A DNA stretch of 64,000 bases from assembly GCA_963842085.1 (NCBI GenBank), contig CAWJET010000002.1, positions 64,001 to 128,000 on the forward strand, read 5' to 3'. The DNA comes from an uncultured delta proteobacterium. Its GTDB lineage: Bacteria; Desulfobacterota; Binatia; Binatales; Binataceae. Below the pieces are notes generated by a model. It did no database searches. It saw only the letters and a program-made list of their open reading frames with translations, and had not been told where the DNA came from. Shown here piece by piece: positions 1-10,680 of this stretch (its first letter is position 1; every line of letters begins with the position of its first letter). A program made the position numbers and the translations under genes.

Positions 1-490
1 CGTCGATCGGCAGCTCCAGGAACACCGGCCCGGGGCGGCCCGAGGTCGCATGGCGGAATGCGGCCGCCAGGTATTCCGGGATCCGTTCGGTATGCGTGAC
101 GCTGCGCGCCCATTTGGTGATTGGGCGCAGGATACCCATCTGATCGACCGCTTGCAGCGGCAGCTTGTCATCGTCGGCGAGCGGGCTTCGTCCGCCGATC
201 AGAATCATCGGGATCGAATCCATGAACGCGTTGGCGACCCCGGTGACTGCGTCCGTGACTCCCGGCCCCGCCGTCACGACCGCGACGCCGGGGCGCCCCG
301 TCGTGCGCGCCCATCCGTCGGCCATGTGCGCCGCTGCCTGCTCGTGACGCGTGTCGATCACGCGGAAGGCGTGTGCGCGGCAAGCTGCATAGATCGCGTC
401 GAGATGGCCGCCGTGGAGGGTGAAAATCTCGCGTACGCCCTCGTGCTCGAGCGTCCGTACCAGCATCTCTCCGCCGTCGATTTTTGCCAT
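1..490 (-). CDS. TPP-binding enzyme, acetolactate synthase-like (runs off the left window edge)
   Basis: Manual translation from ATG at 490: MAKIDGGEMLVRTLEHEGV...FTLHGGH...TRHEQAAAHMADGWARTTGRPGV...TAGPG...SGRPGPVFLELPID. Not in the ORF track. Confidence 0.9.
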   Translation of the reverse strand, partial: MAKIDGGEMLVRTLEHEGVREIFTLHGGHLDAIYAACRAHAFRVIDTRHEQAAAHMADGWARTTGRPGVAVVTAGPGVTDAVTGVANAFMDSIPMILIGGRSPLADDDKLPLQAVDQMGILRPITKWARSVTHTERIPEYLAAAFRHATSGRPGPVFLELPID

Positions 491-676
491 TGGAGAATCT
501 CCCTCTGCTGTGCGAAGATCGGTTTGCGCAATCGCAGGCAAGTACCGTCCGCGCTCTTCTGTTCCAACTTATAGACCCGCGCCGCGTATTCGCCTAGCCG
601 CGCGTTGCCATTTGAGTTGAGCCGAAAGGAATCATTGACGCGATCGGATACAGCTGAAATGAATGAAACTCGTAAT

Positions 677-690
677 TGAACGATCGTTCA
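677..690. promoter_or_regulatory. Perfect 14-bp palindrome TGAACGATCGTTCA, candidate TetR-type operator
   Basis: Lies in the divergent intergenic region between the TPP enzyme and the acyl-CoA dehydrogenase operon. Confidence 0.55.
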
Positions 691-694
691 TTTC

Positions 695-710
695 AGGCAC
701 GAGGTATGCA
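695..710 (+). promoter_or_regulatory. Possible sigma-54 promoter AGGCAC-GAGGT-ATGCA
   Basis: GG-N10-GC spacing, about 40 nt upstream of ATG 750. Confidence 0.4.
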
Positions 711-749
711 CAGCACTTACCGCGACACAGCGCCAATCTCGGAGCAAAA

Positions 750-2015
750 ATGGACACCTACCGCGAGCTAAACGTCGAATTTCCCAAGGATGTCGATTCA
801 ATCAAAGGAACCGTTCACCGCTTCGCCAAGGAGGTCCTTCGCCCGGCAGGGGTGATGCTTGACCGGATGGCAGACCCGCGCGAGGTGATCGCGCTCGATT
901 CTCCGCTCAGGAAGGTTTTCAAACAGGCATATCAGCTCGGATACCACGTGGCCGGCCTTCCTGTAGAAATCGGCGGAATGGGCCTGCATGGGCTGGGACT
1001 GCACGTGATGATTGAGGAGATGTCGTGGGGCTCGGTGGATCTTGGGCTGGGCCTGCTCTGTGCGGGGTTCCCGTTTAGCGCCGCCGCCGCGAGCGGCAAT
1101 CCGGAGCTCTACGAAAATTTCGTCAAGCCTTTTGTCGCCGACCGCGAGGGCAGTCTCATCGGATGCTGGGCGATCACCGAGCCTCAGCATGGCTCCGACA
1201 CCCTGGTGCCGGGGACGCCCCAGTTCCACAATCCGCGCGTGTCGGGCCAAGTCGTCGCCCGCGCCGAAGGCGACTCGTATGTGATCAACGGGCAGAAGGC
1301 GGCGTGGGTCTCGAACGGGACGATCGCTACTCATGCGGCGTTGTACCTGACGACCGAGCGCAAGGCCGGCATGGCCGGCGGCGGTATCGCGTTCGTCCCG
1401 CTCAACCTGCCGGGCGTGACAAAAGGCAAGCCGCTCAACAAGCTCGGCCAGCGTGCGCTCAACCAGGGCGAAATTTATTTCGACAATGTGAGGATTCCGC
1501 GCAGCTGGATGCTGACCAAGAGCGAGGGCTACGAGCTCGAGCTCGAACGAACCCTCACATTTGCCAACTCGGCGATGGCGACTGCGTTCACGGGTGTGGC
1601 GCGCGCTGCTTTCGAGGAAGCGCTCGAGTACTCGAGGCAGCGCGTGCAGGGCGGGCAGGCGATCTGCGAGCATCAACTGGTCCAGAAGCATCTGTTCGAG
1701 ATGTTCACCAAGGTCGAGGCATGCCGGGCGCTGTCGCGGGCCGTGATGATCTACAATCAGACCTCGACGACGCCGTCGCTGGAGCATGCGATCGCGGCCA
1801 AGACCTTCTGCACGCAGGCGGCGTTCGAGGTCACGAGCGACGCGCTCCAGGTATTCGGCGGCAACGGCCTCAGCAAGGAGTACGGAATCGAAAAACTCTT
1901 CCGCGACGCGCGCGCCTCATTGATCGAGGACGGCACAACCGACGTCCTGAGCCTCGCGGGCGCACGCCAGATTCTGAGTCGCAACGGTGTAGCCGGAGAG
2001 CCGATGGCGCAGTAG
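750..2015 (+). CDS. Acyl-CoA dehydrogenase
   Basis: CWAITEPQHGSD, INGQKAWVSNG and ALQVFGGNG..IEKLFRDAR motifs; GGAG RBS before ATG 750. Confidence 0.93.
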   Translation: MDTYRELNVEFPKDVDSIKGTVHRFAKEVLRPAGVMLDRMADPREVIALDSPLRKVFKQAYQLGYHVAGLPVEIGGMGLHGLGLHVMIEEMSWGSVDLGLGLLCAGFPFSAAAASGNPELYENFVKPFVADREGSLIGCWAITEPQHGSDTLVPGTPQFHNPRVSGQVVARAEGDSYVINGQKAAWVSNGTIATHAALYLTTERKAGMAGGGIAFVPLNLPGVTKGKPLNKLGQRALNQGEIYFDNVRIPRSWMLTKSEGYELELERTLTFANSAMATAFTGVARAAFEEALEYSRQRVQGGQAICEHQLVQKHLFEMFTKVEACRALSRAVMIYNQTSTTPSLEHAIAAKTFCTQAAFEVTSDALQVFGGNGLSKEYGIEKLFRDARASLIEDGTTDVLSLAGARQILSRNGVAGEPMAQ

Positions 2016-2044
2016 CCTTGCGCCGGGATCGCAGAGGAATTGAG

Positions 2045-3604
2045 ATGGCGCGTCTTCAGGGACCGATCGAGCAACTGATCAGGCATCGCGTCGCCGAGCA
2101 TCCGGGCGAAGTCTGGCTCAAATTCAAGGACGAGCGTTTCACCTGGGAACAGGTGCTCGACAATATCCAACGCGCCGCCAACGGTCTGCTCGAACTGGGG
2201 ATCCGTCCGGGAGAGCGGGTTGCGATAATGATGGGCAACCGGCCGGAATTTCTCTGGCTGCATTTCGCCATCGGATTCATCGGCGCCGTCAGCGTGCCGG
2301 TTAACACCTCGCAACGCGGCGCCACGCTGCATCACATTCTCGCGGATTCGGATTCAACCGCGGTCATTTTCGAAGAACCGCTCAGGGAAGCGGTAATGGC
2401 GGTCAAGGCTACCGTGCCGAGTCTCAGGCGCACGGTGGTCGCGGACGGCAAGGCGGGAGGCGGAGTCGATTGGACCCTCGAGCGACTGCTCGCTCATTCC
2501 GCTCGCGAGCCGCAAGTGGAGGTCGGCCAACACGCGGGCGGCGGCGGGATGATGTACACGTCCGGGACCACCGGACCGCCGAAGGGCGTCGTCGCCAGTG
2601 GCTCCGACGGCTACTCTCTTGCTGCCGTCCTCGCCGCCACAGGGGTCAAGCCGGGCGAGACGATGTACACCGCGCTGCCGCTGTTTCACGGCAATGCGCT
2701 GATGATCTCGGGCTTCGGCTCGATGACGCTGGACGCGAAATTCGCGCTGGGCGAGCGCTTCAGCGCGTCGCGGTTCTGGGACGACTGCCGCAAATTCGAC
2801 GCGGTGGAATTCAATACGCTTGGCGGAATGCTCTCGATCCTGCTCAAACAAGCGGCGCGGCTCGATGATCGAGAGCACAAGGTGCGAGTGGTGCTCTCGG
2901 CCGCATGCCCTCCAAGCGCGTGGAAGGAATTCGAAGATCGCTTTGGCGTGAGGATCGTCGAGTTCTACGGAATGGTGGATTCGCCCGGACTCCTGCTCAA
3001 CGACGTCGGTCGGGTCGGGTCGATGGGCAGGCCGGTCGGTGGAGTGGATTTCAAGGTCGTCGATGACGACGACAATCCACTTCCGGCCGGCAAGGTGGGC
3101 GAACTGGTATTCCGCCATCCCAAGGGCCAGCTCAGCCAATATCACAAGCTACCCGACGCCACCGCCGAGGCCTATCGAGGCGGATGGTTTCATTCCGGCG
3201 ACCTCGCCAGGACCGACAACGACGGGTTCTTCTACTTCTGTGGGCGCAAGAAGGCGTCGATTCGCCGGCGCGGCGAGAACATTTCGGCGTGGGAAATCGA
3301 AACCGTCGTCAACGAGCATCCCGCGGTGCTCGAATCGGCCGCCTACGCGGTGCCTTCCGAGCTCGGCGAGGATGAAGTCAAAGTCGCAGTCGTGCTAAAG
3401 GACGGTGCGCGCTTCAGTCCCGAAGAACTGATCGAGTTCTGTCGCGGGCGAATGGCCTACTACGCCATCCCTCGATACGTCGAGGTGGTCGACGAGCTTC
3501 CCAAGACCGGTACGCAACGAATCCAGTACGCCGCGCTCAAACAGCGCGGAATCGGCAACGCGTGGGATCGAGAAAAAGCGGGGATCAGCGTCGCCCGCAC
3601 ATGA
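2045..3604 (+). CDS. AMP-binding acyl-CoA synthetase (CaiC-like)
   Basis: YTSGTTGPPKG, GWFHSGDL, RRRGENIS and LPKTGTQRI motifs; start MARLQG lies within ORF 1163..3604. Confidence 0.92.
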   Translation: MARLQGPIEQLIRHRVAEHPGEVWLKFKDERFTWEQVLDNIQRAANGLLELGIRPGERVAIMMGNRPEFLWLHFAIGFIGAVSVPVNTSQRGATLHHILADSDSTAVIFEEPLREAVMAVKATVPSLRRTVVADGKAGGGVDWTLERLLAHSAREPQVEVGQHAGGGGMMYTSGTTGPPKGVVASGSDGYSLAAVLAATGVKPGETMYTALPLFHGNALMISGFGSMTLDAKFALGERFSASRFWDDCRKFDAVEFNTLGGMLSILLKQAARLDDREHKVRVVLSAACPPSAWKEFEDRFGVRIVEFYGMVDSPGLLLNDVGRVGSMGRPVGGVDFKVVDDDDNPLPAGKVGELVFRHPKGQLSQYHKLPDATAEAYRGGWFHSGDLARTDNDGFFYFCGRKKASIRRRGENISAWEIETVVNEHPAVLESAAYAVPSELGEDEVKVAVVLKDGARFSPEELIEFCRGRMAYYAIPRYVEVVDELPKTGTQRIQYAALKQRGIGNAWDREKAGISVART

Positions 3605-3618
3605 CAGGGAGAATCGTT

Positions 3619-4845
3619 ATGCCCAACAGAGAACGTGTGACAGTCGCCGGCGTCGGGATGACACGCTTCGGCAAGTACTCCGAGCGCGGCGTTCGTTCGC
3701 TGGCCGAAGAGGCGGTGGGCGATGCGCTCAAGGACGCCGGTATCGTGCCGAAGGACGTCGAGGCGGTGTTCTTTTCCAATGCGATTGCCGGATTGATCAC
3801 CGGCCAGGAAATGATCCGCGGCCAGGTCGCGCTTCGGAACACCGGAATCCTCGGGGTCCCGCTGTTCAACGTGGAAAACGCGTGCGCGTCGGCTTCGTCC
3901 GCGTTCCATCTCGCGTGGATGGCGATTCAATCGGGACTCTACGACGTCACGCTGGCTGTCGGCGCGGAGAAGATGACGCATCCCGACAAAGCGGTCACGT
4001 TCAGGGCGATCGGAACCGCCGTCGATCTGGAGCAGCTTCGCGAACTCAAGGCGCGGATGAGCGTCGGCGACAAGAAGCCGGGAATCGAGGAGGGCGGCGA
4101 AAAGAAATCGTTCTTCATGGACATCTACGCGGCTTCCACGCGCGAATACATGAAGATCAGCGGCGCGACCGCAGACACCTTTGCCGATATCGCCGTCAAG
4201 AGTCACGCCTTTGGCGCGCTCAATCCCAAGGCACAGTTCCACGACCGCGTCACGCGCGAGCAGGTGCTTGACGCGCGCGAGGTCTCGCCGCCATTGACCG
4301 TGTTGATGTGCTCGCCGATCGGCGACGGGGCGGCCGCGGCAGTGCTCATGTCGGAGAAGTATGCGCGGCGAATGGGCATCGCGACGCCGGTCGAAGTGCG
4401 CGCGTCGGTGATCTACTCGGGACGCGATCGCGCAGCCGACGAACCGACCGCGCTCGAGCGCGTGGCCAAGCGCGCTTACGAAATCGCCGGCGTCGGGCCG
4501 TCGGAGATCAACGTGCTCGAGGTACACGACGCAGCCGCGCCGGCGGAACTGATCGCATGCGAGGAACTAGGACTCTGCGGCAGAGGCGAGGGTCCGGAGT
4601 TTCTGGCGCGAGGGGCGATGGAACTCGGCGGAGCCCACGTCGTCAATCCCAGCGGCGGACTGCTCTCGAAGGGCCACCCGATTGGCGCCACCGGAATCGC
4701 ACAGATCGTGGAAATCGTCGATCAGCTGCGCGGGCGATGCGGCGCGCGGCAGGTGAACGGCGCGCGCGTGGGGCTCACCGAAAACGGCGGCGGCTTTTTG
4801 GGACGCGATGCCGCCGCGATGTCGGTGCACATTTTCTCGACCTAG
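3619..4845 (+). CDS. Thiolase family protein (SCP2-thiolase type)
   Basis: NVENACASAS, EVHDA and NPSGGLLSKGHPIGATG motifs. Confidence 0.9.
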   Translation: MPNRERVTVAGVGMTRFGKYSERGVRSLAEEAVGDALKDAGIVPKDVEAVFFSNAIAGLITGQEMIRGQVALRNTGILGVPLFNVENACASASSAFHLAWMAIQSGLYDVTLAVGAEKMTHPDKAVTFRAIGTAVDLEQLRELKARMSVGDKKPGIEEGGEKKSFFMDIYAASTREYMKISGATADTFADIAVKSHAFGALNPKAQFHDRVTREQVLDAREVSPPLTVLMCSPIGDGAAAAVLMSEKYARRMGIATPVEVRASVIYSGRDRAADEPTALERVAKRAYEIAGVGPSEINVLEVHDAAAPAELIACEELGLCGRGEGPEFLARGAMELGGAHVVNPSGGLLSKGHPIGATGIAQIVEIVDQLRGRCGARQVNGARVGLTENGGGFLGRDAAAMSVHIFST

Positions 4846-4891
4846 CAGAGGCGCGATGGAGTACCATGCTTAACCTTGCGGAGCAGCGACG

Positions 4892-5230
4892 ATGACCGAG
4901 CAAGCGATCGAAGCGTACGAGTCAGTCAGAACCTGGCGGCGCGATCTGAGCGATCAGTGGGGCGGCGACCCGATCGCCGAGGAACCCGACAAGCTGCTAG
5001 CGCTCGCGCGATTCTGTGAATTCGTGGGCGAAGATCCCGACGCGATCATTGCGCGATGCTTTCGGATCAGGAAGTCAGACGGTGAGCAGGTGATCAGCGC
5101 CAAATGGCGCGCCCACTACGCCCAGAAGATTCGCGAGTTTCGCGAAAAGAACCCGGACCCGGAGTCGCAACGCCTTGGCGCCAACGTGTTGAGCTTTTTG
5201 ATCCACAACGGCGTGCTGGTCCAGGTCTAG
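4892..5230 (+). CDS. Hypothetical protein
   Basis: 112 aa, co-oriented with the operon, protein-like composition. Confidence 0.6.
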   Translation: MTEQAIEAYESVRTWRRDLSDQWGGDPIAEEPDKLLALARFCEFVGEDPDAIIARCFRIRKSDGEQVISAKWRAHYAQKIREFREKNPDPESQRLGANVLSFLIHNGVLVQV

Positions 5231-5239
5231 GGGCAAGAG

Positions 5240-6526
5240 CTATTTGGCCCGGCTTGCCGCGTACTGTTCGGCGCGCCGCGACGCGTCCTGCCTACGGATG
5301 GCGCGCGCGCCCAGAAATGGCACGTCACGGCCGCGCAGCATCAGGTTCCAATACAGCCACGGCAACCCGTAGCGCTTCAAAAGCCAGGTGTCGTAGCGCT
5401 CCGCGGCGGTGTTGATGAAGGGAATGGTCGGAGTCGGCTTGCCGGTGTAATCGAATTCACAGAGCAGCAGCTTGCCGTAGGCGGTCGTGATCGGACACGC
5501 GACGTAGCCGTTGTATTTCGCCGTCGGTAACGCTCCACGCATCACCTTTAGCAGATTGCTGACGACGACCGGGGCCTGTTTGATCGCCGCTGCGCCGGTC
5601 TTGGCGTTGGGCGAACTCGCCACGTCGCCCAAAGCGAATACATTTGGATACCGCTTGTGTTGAAGCGTGTATTGATCGACCTCGACCCAGCCCAGTCCAG
5701 GCTCGCCTTGCGCGGGTAGTGCGCTGTTGCGGATGAACTCCGGAGCGATCTGCGGCGGCGCGACGTGCATGATGTCGTAGCCAATCGTCACCCGTGCGCT
5801 GGAGGGATCGTCCTTGCGGACGAATACCGCTTCCCTTTTGTCTGGTCGAATTTCCACCAGGTCATGACTGAACCGCGCGTCAATCTCGTAGCGCCGAACC
5901 ACCGTGTCGAGGACCGCCGCGTACTCCTTGACGCCATAAATCGTGGGAGTGGCGGAGCCATAGATGACGTTGGCGGAGATCTTTTTCCTGCGAAAGTGAT
6001 CCGCCGCGAGGTACATGATTTTCTGCGGCGCGCCCGGGCATTTTATGGGCGTCCCCGGCATATGGAACAGCGCGGTGCCGCCCTTGAAGTCGCGAATCAG
6101 GTCCCACGTTTGGGGCGCGTTTTCGTAAGTATAGTTGGTCGATACCGAACCATTCCCGACCGCCTCGCGAAGGCCCGCAATCGCGCCCCAGTTGAGCTCG
6201 AGACCCGGCGCGACGATCAGGAAGTCGTACGAGATACGCCCGCCCGAACGAGTCGTGACACATTTGGACTCGGGAGAAATCTCGCACGCCCAGTCTTTGA
6301 TCCATGTCACTCCCGCCGCGATGTAATCGCGCTCCGAGCGCGCGGTCGCCTCTCTGCGGACCGCACCCGCGCCGACCAGGGTCCACAGCGGCTGGTAGAA
6401 ATGCTTCTCCGACGGCTCGATGACTGCGAGGTCCGATTCACCCGCGCGTCTGAGCCGCGCCGCAACAGTGAGACCAGCGGTGCCACCACCAATGATGAGG
6501 ATTTTATGACGGCTGTTTTGAGCCAT
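5240..6526 (-). CDS. sqr: Sulfide:quinone oxidoreductase-like FAD/NAD(P) oxidoreductase
   Basis: IIGGGTAG, HFYQPLWTLVG, IKCPGAPQK, AKTGAA and YNGYVACP motifs typical of type II SQR. Confidence 0.8.
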   Translation of the reverse strand: MAQNSRHKILIIGGGTAGLTVAARLRRAGESDLAVIEPSEKHFYQPLWTLVGAGAVRREATARSERDYIAAGVTWIKDWACEISPESKCVTTRSGGRISYDFLIVAPGLELNWGAIAGLREAVGNGSVSTNYTYENAPQTWDLIRDFKGGTALFHMPGTPIKCPGAPQKIMYLAADHFRRKKISANVIYGSATPTIYGVKEYAAVLDTVVRRYEIDARFSHDLVEIRPDKREAVFVRKDDPSSARVTIGYDIMHVAPPQIAPEFIRNSALPAQGEPGLGWVEVDQYTLQHKRYPNVFALGDVASSPNAKTGAAAIKQAPVVVSNLLKVMRGALPTAKYNGYVACPITTAYGKLLLCEFDYTGKPTPTIPFINTAAERYDTWLLKRYGLPWLYWNLMLRGRDVPFLGARAIRRQDASRRAEQYAASRAK

Positions 6527-6569
6527 GCTTGACCCTATCAGGACCGTCCTGTTCTCGCAGCAGCCGCCG

Positions 6570-7388
6570 TCACTTCACGCCCATCCTGAGCCGGTAGCTC
6601 CAGAACCACTGCACGATCGAGTCGCCTAGAGCGCGGCGCGCCGTCTCGCGCAACGCCGTGATCCCGATCTCATCCTCGCCGATGCCGTGCTTGAGCAGCG
6701 TAGCGATCTCGCCCTGGCTTAGCGCGAGCCCGACCAGCCGCTCTGCGCCTCCCCTCTCGACGTGATGCAGCCCGATCTCCTTTACATAACGGAACCGCCC
6801 GCTCTGCCTGATCCTTTCCAGATGCCCGCCTTTGTTCCATTGATGAACCTCCGGCGTGAGGCGGATCGAGCGCTCGAGCGCCTCCGCTTTGGCTCGACAT
6901 GCGTTGTAAGCCTGCTCAGCCTCGGCGTTGAGCGTCGGCGGCCAGTCGCAGTCGTAAGCGGCGAACACGCCGCCGTCGCGCAAGATGCGCGCAACCTCGG
7001 CGAAGGTGCCGTCCGGCTCCATCCAATGCAGCGACTGCGAGCAGGTCACGATGTCGGCGCATTGGTCGGGGAGGCCGGTCGCGGTCGAGAGCCCCTCGAC
7101 AAACCGGACGGTGTTCGCACTGGCGTCGGCCGCGCGCCGCTCGGCCTGCGCGCGCATGTCGGCATTCGGCTCGACTCCGACGACCTCGGCTGCGCGGCGC
7201 GTCCACAGCAGGGTCGAAAGTCCCGTGCCGCTGCCGAGATCGACGACCACGGGCCGTTGCTTTGCGGCCAGTTGCGTCAGGAGATCCACGATGACTTCAG
7301 GCAGCCTCGGCCGGTGCATGTCGTAGAGTTCGGCGAAACCCGAGAAACGATCGGCATTTGCCGCGACGTGCGCGCGATCGGAGCTCAT
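6570..7388 (-). CDS. Class I SAM-dependent methyltransferase
   Basis: VVDLGSGTGLST, VEPNADM and QSLHWM motifs. Confidence 0.88.
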   Translation of the reverse strand: MSSDRAHVAANADRFSGFAELYDMHRPRLPEVIVDLLTQLAAKQRPVVVDLGSGTGLSTLLWTRRAAEVVGVEPNADMRAQAERRAADASANTVRFVEGLSTATGLPDQCADIVTCSQSLHWMEPDGTFAEVARILRDGGVFAAYDCDWPPTLNAEAEQAYNACRAKAEALERSIRLTPEVHQWNKGGHLERIRQSGRFRYVKEIGLHHVERGGAERLVGLALSQGEIATLLKHGIGEDEIGITALRETARRALGDSIVQWFWSYRLRMGVK

Positions 7389-7459
7389 GACGGGAACCTC
7401 GGCATCGGGAGAAGGATGATGGGTGCGCTCGTCCAGGACGAACGCATTTTGCAGAACAC

Positions 7460-8893
<1,434 letters not shown>

Positions 8894-9034
8894 GATGGAT
8901 CGGCTCGCGGCTATTTGTAACACCTTGCAATCGGCTGCCATAGTGCCACCGCGGTTGCGCCTACCGTCTTCCTGCGCCAGGAAGTTCAGTTTTCGTCCGG
9001 CATCAGGTAAATCAACCGCGAGCGGAATTCACAG

Positions 9035-10624
9035 ATGCCATCCTCCACGCCACTGAAATACGTGCTGGCCATCGACATGGGCTCCGGCAGCACAAAGGTT
9101 GCCGTCGTCTCGAGCGCGGGCGAGGTCGTTGCATCGGCAATGCGCCATACGACCACGAAGTTCATGGCGGGTGGAGCGGTCGAGCAGGATCCCGAGGAAT
9201 GGTGGCGCTCCGTGTGCGACGCCGCGAAGGAGGCGATCGCAGCCTCGCACGTGCCGGCGGATCAAATCATCGCCATTGCATGCACCACGCTGTGGGCTGT
9301 GACGGTGGCCGTTGACGAGGGCGGCACCGCAATCGGCAACGCGATCTCGTGGATGGACACGCGGGGTGCGAAATACAATCGTGCGATCGCGGGCGGATGG
9401 CCGCGAATCCAGGGTTACGGCCTGTTCAAGGTGCTCAAGTGGCTGCGCTTCACGGGCGGCGCGCCGGTTCAATCGGGGGTCGACGGCCTCGGGCACATCC
9501 TGTTCATCAAGCATGAGCGTCCCGAGGTATATGCGCGGACCTTCAAGTTTCTCGAGCCGATGGATTACCTCAACCTGCGGCTCACCGGGCAATTCGCGGC
9601 CTCGTACGCGACGATGTTCACCTATTGGCTGACCGATATTCGCAACCCTAACCGGATTGACTACGTGCCTGAGTTGCTTGCGATGGCCGGCGTCGATCGC
9701 GCCAAGTTGCCGGACTTGCGGCCAGTCAACACTGTGCTCGGCACCGTCAAGCCCGAAGTCGCAGCGGACCTGGGCCTGGCGCCGTCCACTCGCGTCGTGA
9801 TGGGCTCCTGCGACGGACATGCTGCGACTTTGGGCGCGGGGACCGTGCGCGACTACGAGGGCTACTTCTATATCGGCACCACGGCGTGGATGAGTTGCCA
9901 CGTGCTGGCGAAGAAGACCGATCCGATCCACATGCTGACCGCGATGCCGGCCGCGCTGCCGGGCCGTTACATGGTCGGCGCGGAACAAGGCGCGGCGGGA
10001 CGCAGTCTCGAATTTCTGAAAGACATCCTGTATCCGGCGGGAAGCGCGAATTCCCCCGCCGACGTTTACGCCGACATGAATCGGCTCGCGGCGGAGGTCG
10101 CGCCGGGGAGCGACGGCTTGATCTTCACGCCATGGATCAACGGCGTGCTCGCGCCGCACGAGGATGCGTCGACGCGCAGCGCCTTCTTCAATCAGACCGC
10201 GCGCACCAGCCGCGGCCATTACGTCCGGGCGGTTATGGAAGGCGTCGCGTACAACCTGCGATGGCTCAAGGGCCACGTCGAGAAGTTCATCGGGCGGCCG
10301 TTCGAGCAGCTCAATTTCATCGGCGGTGGCGCGAGCTCCGACCTATGGTGCCAGATCCAGGCCGACGTGCTCGGATGCCCGGTCCGGCAGGTCGCCAATC
10401 CGCGCAATGCCAACGCGGTGGGCGCCGCGATGGCGGCGTTTGCCGCGCTCGGCGAGGTCGCGATCGAGGACATCTCCGCACGGGTGAAGATCGCCGCCGA
10501 GTATCGGTCAATCGAGAGCAACCGGCGAATCTACGATCGCCAGTTCCGCGAGTTCCTGGAGTTCTACAAGCGCAACCGCGCGATCTACCGCCGCCTCAAC
10601 CCGGTCGCGCGCGCGTCGGATTAA
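9035..10624 (+). CDS. FGGY-family carbohydrate kinase (xylulokinase-like)
   Basis: LAIDMGSGSTK, EQDPEEWW, WMDTR, RAVMEGVAY and GGGASSDLWCQI motifs. Confidence 0.9.
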   Translation: MPSSTPLKYVLAIDMGSGSTKVAVVSSAGEVVASAMRHTTTKFMAGGAVEQDPEEWWRSVCDAAKEAIAASHVPADQIIAIACTTLWAVTVAVDEGGTAIGNAISWMDTRGAKYNRAIAGGWPRIQGYGLFKVLKWLRFTGGAPVQSGVDGLGHILFIKHERPEVYARTFKFLEPMDYLNLRLTGQFAASYATMFTYWLTDIRNPNRIDYVPELLAMAGVDRAKLPDLRPVNTVLGTVKPEVAADLGLAPSTRVVMGSCDGHAATLGAGTVRDYEGYFYIGTTAWMSCHVLAKKTDPIHMLTAMPAALPGRYMVGAEQGAAGRSLEFLKDILYPAGSANSPADVYADMNRLAAEVAPGSDGLIFTPWINGVLAPHEDASTRSAFFNQTARTSRGHYVRAVMEGVAYNLRWLKGHVEKFIGRPFEQLNFIGGGASSDLWCQIQADVLGCPVRQVANPRNANAVGAAMAAFAALGEVAIEDISARVKIAAEYRSIESNRRIYDRQFREFLEFYKRNRAIYRRLNPVARASD

Positions 10625-10680
10625 ACCTGGCGATGGACTAGTATTCAAATCGACGAGAGATCTCTCCAAGGAGTCGTACC

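Noticed and set aside
50-574. 174-aa plus-strand ORF
   Set aside because: Shadow of the minus-strand TPP enzyme gene.
1163-2044. N-terminal extension of the 813-aa ORF
   Set aside because: Overlaps the acyl-CoA dehydrogenase in another frame; the ligase starts at 2045.
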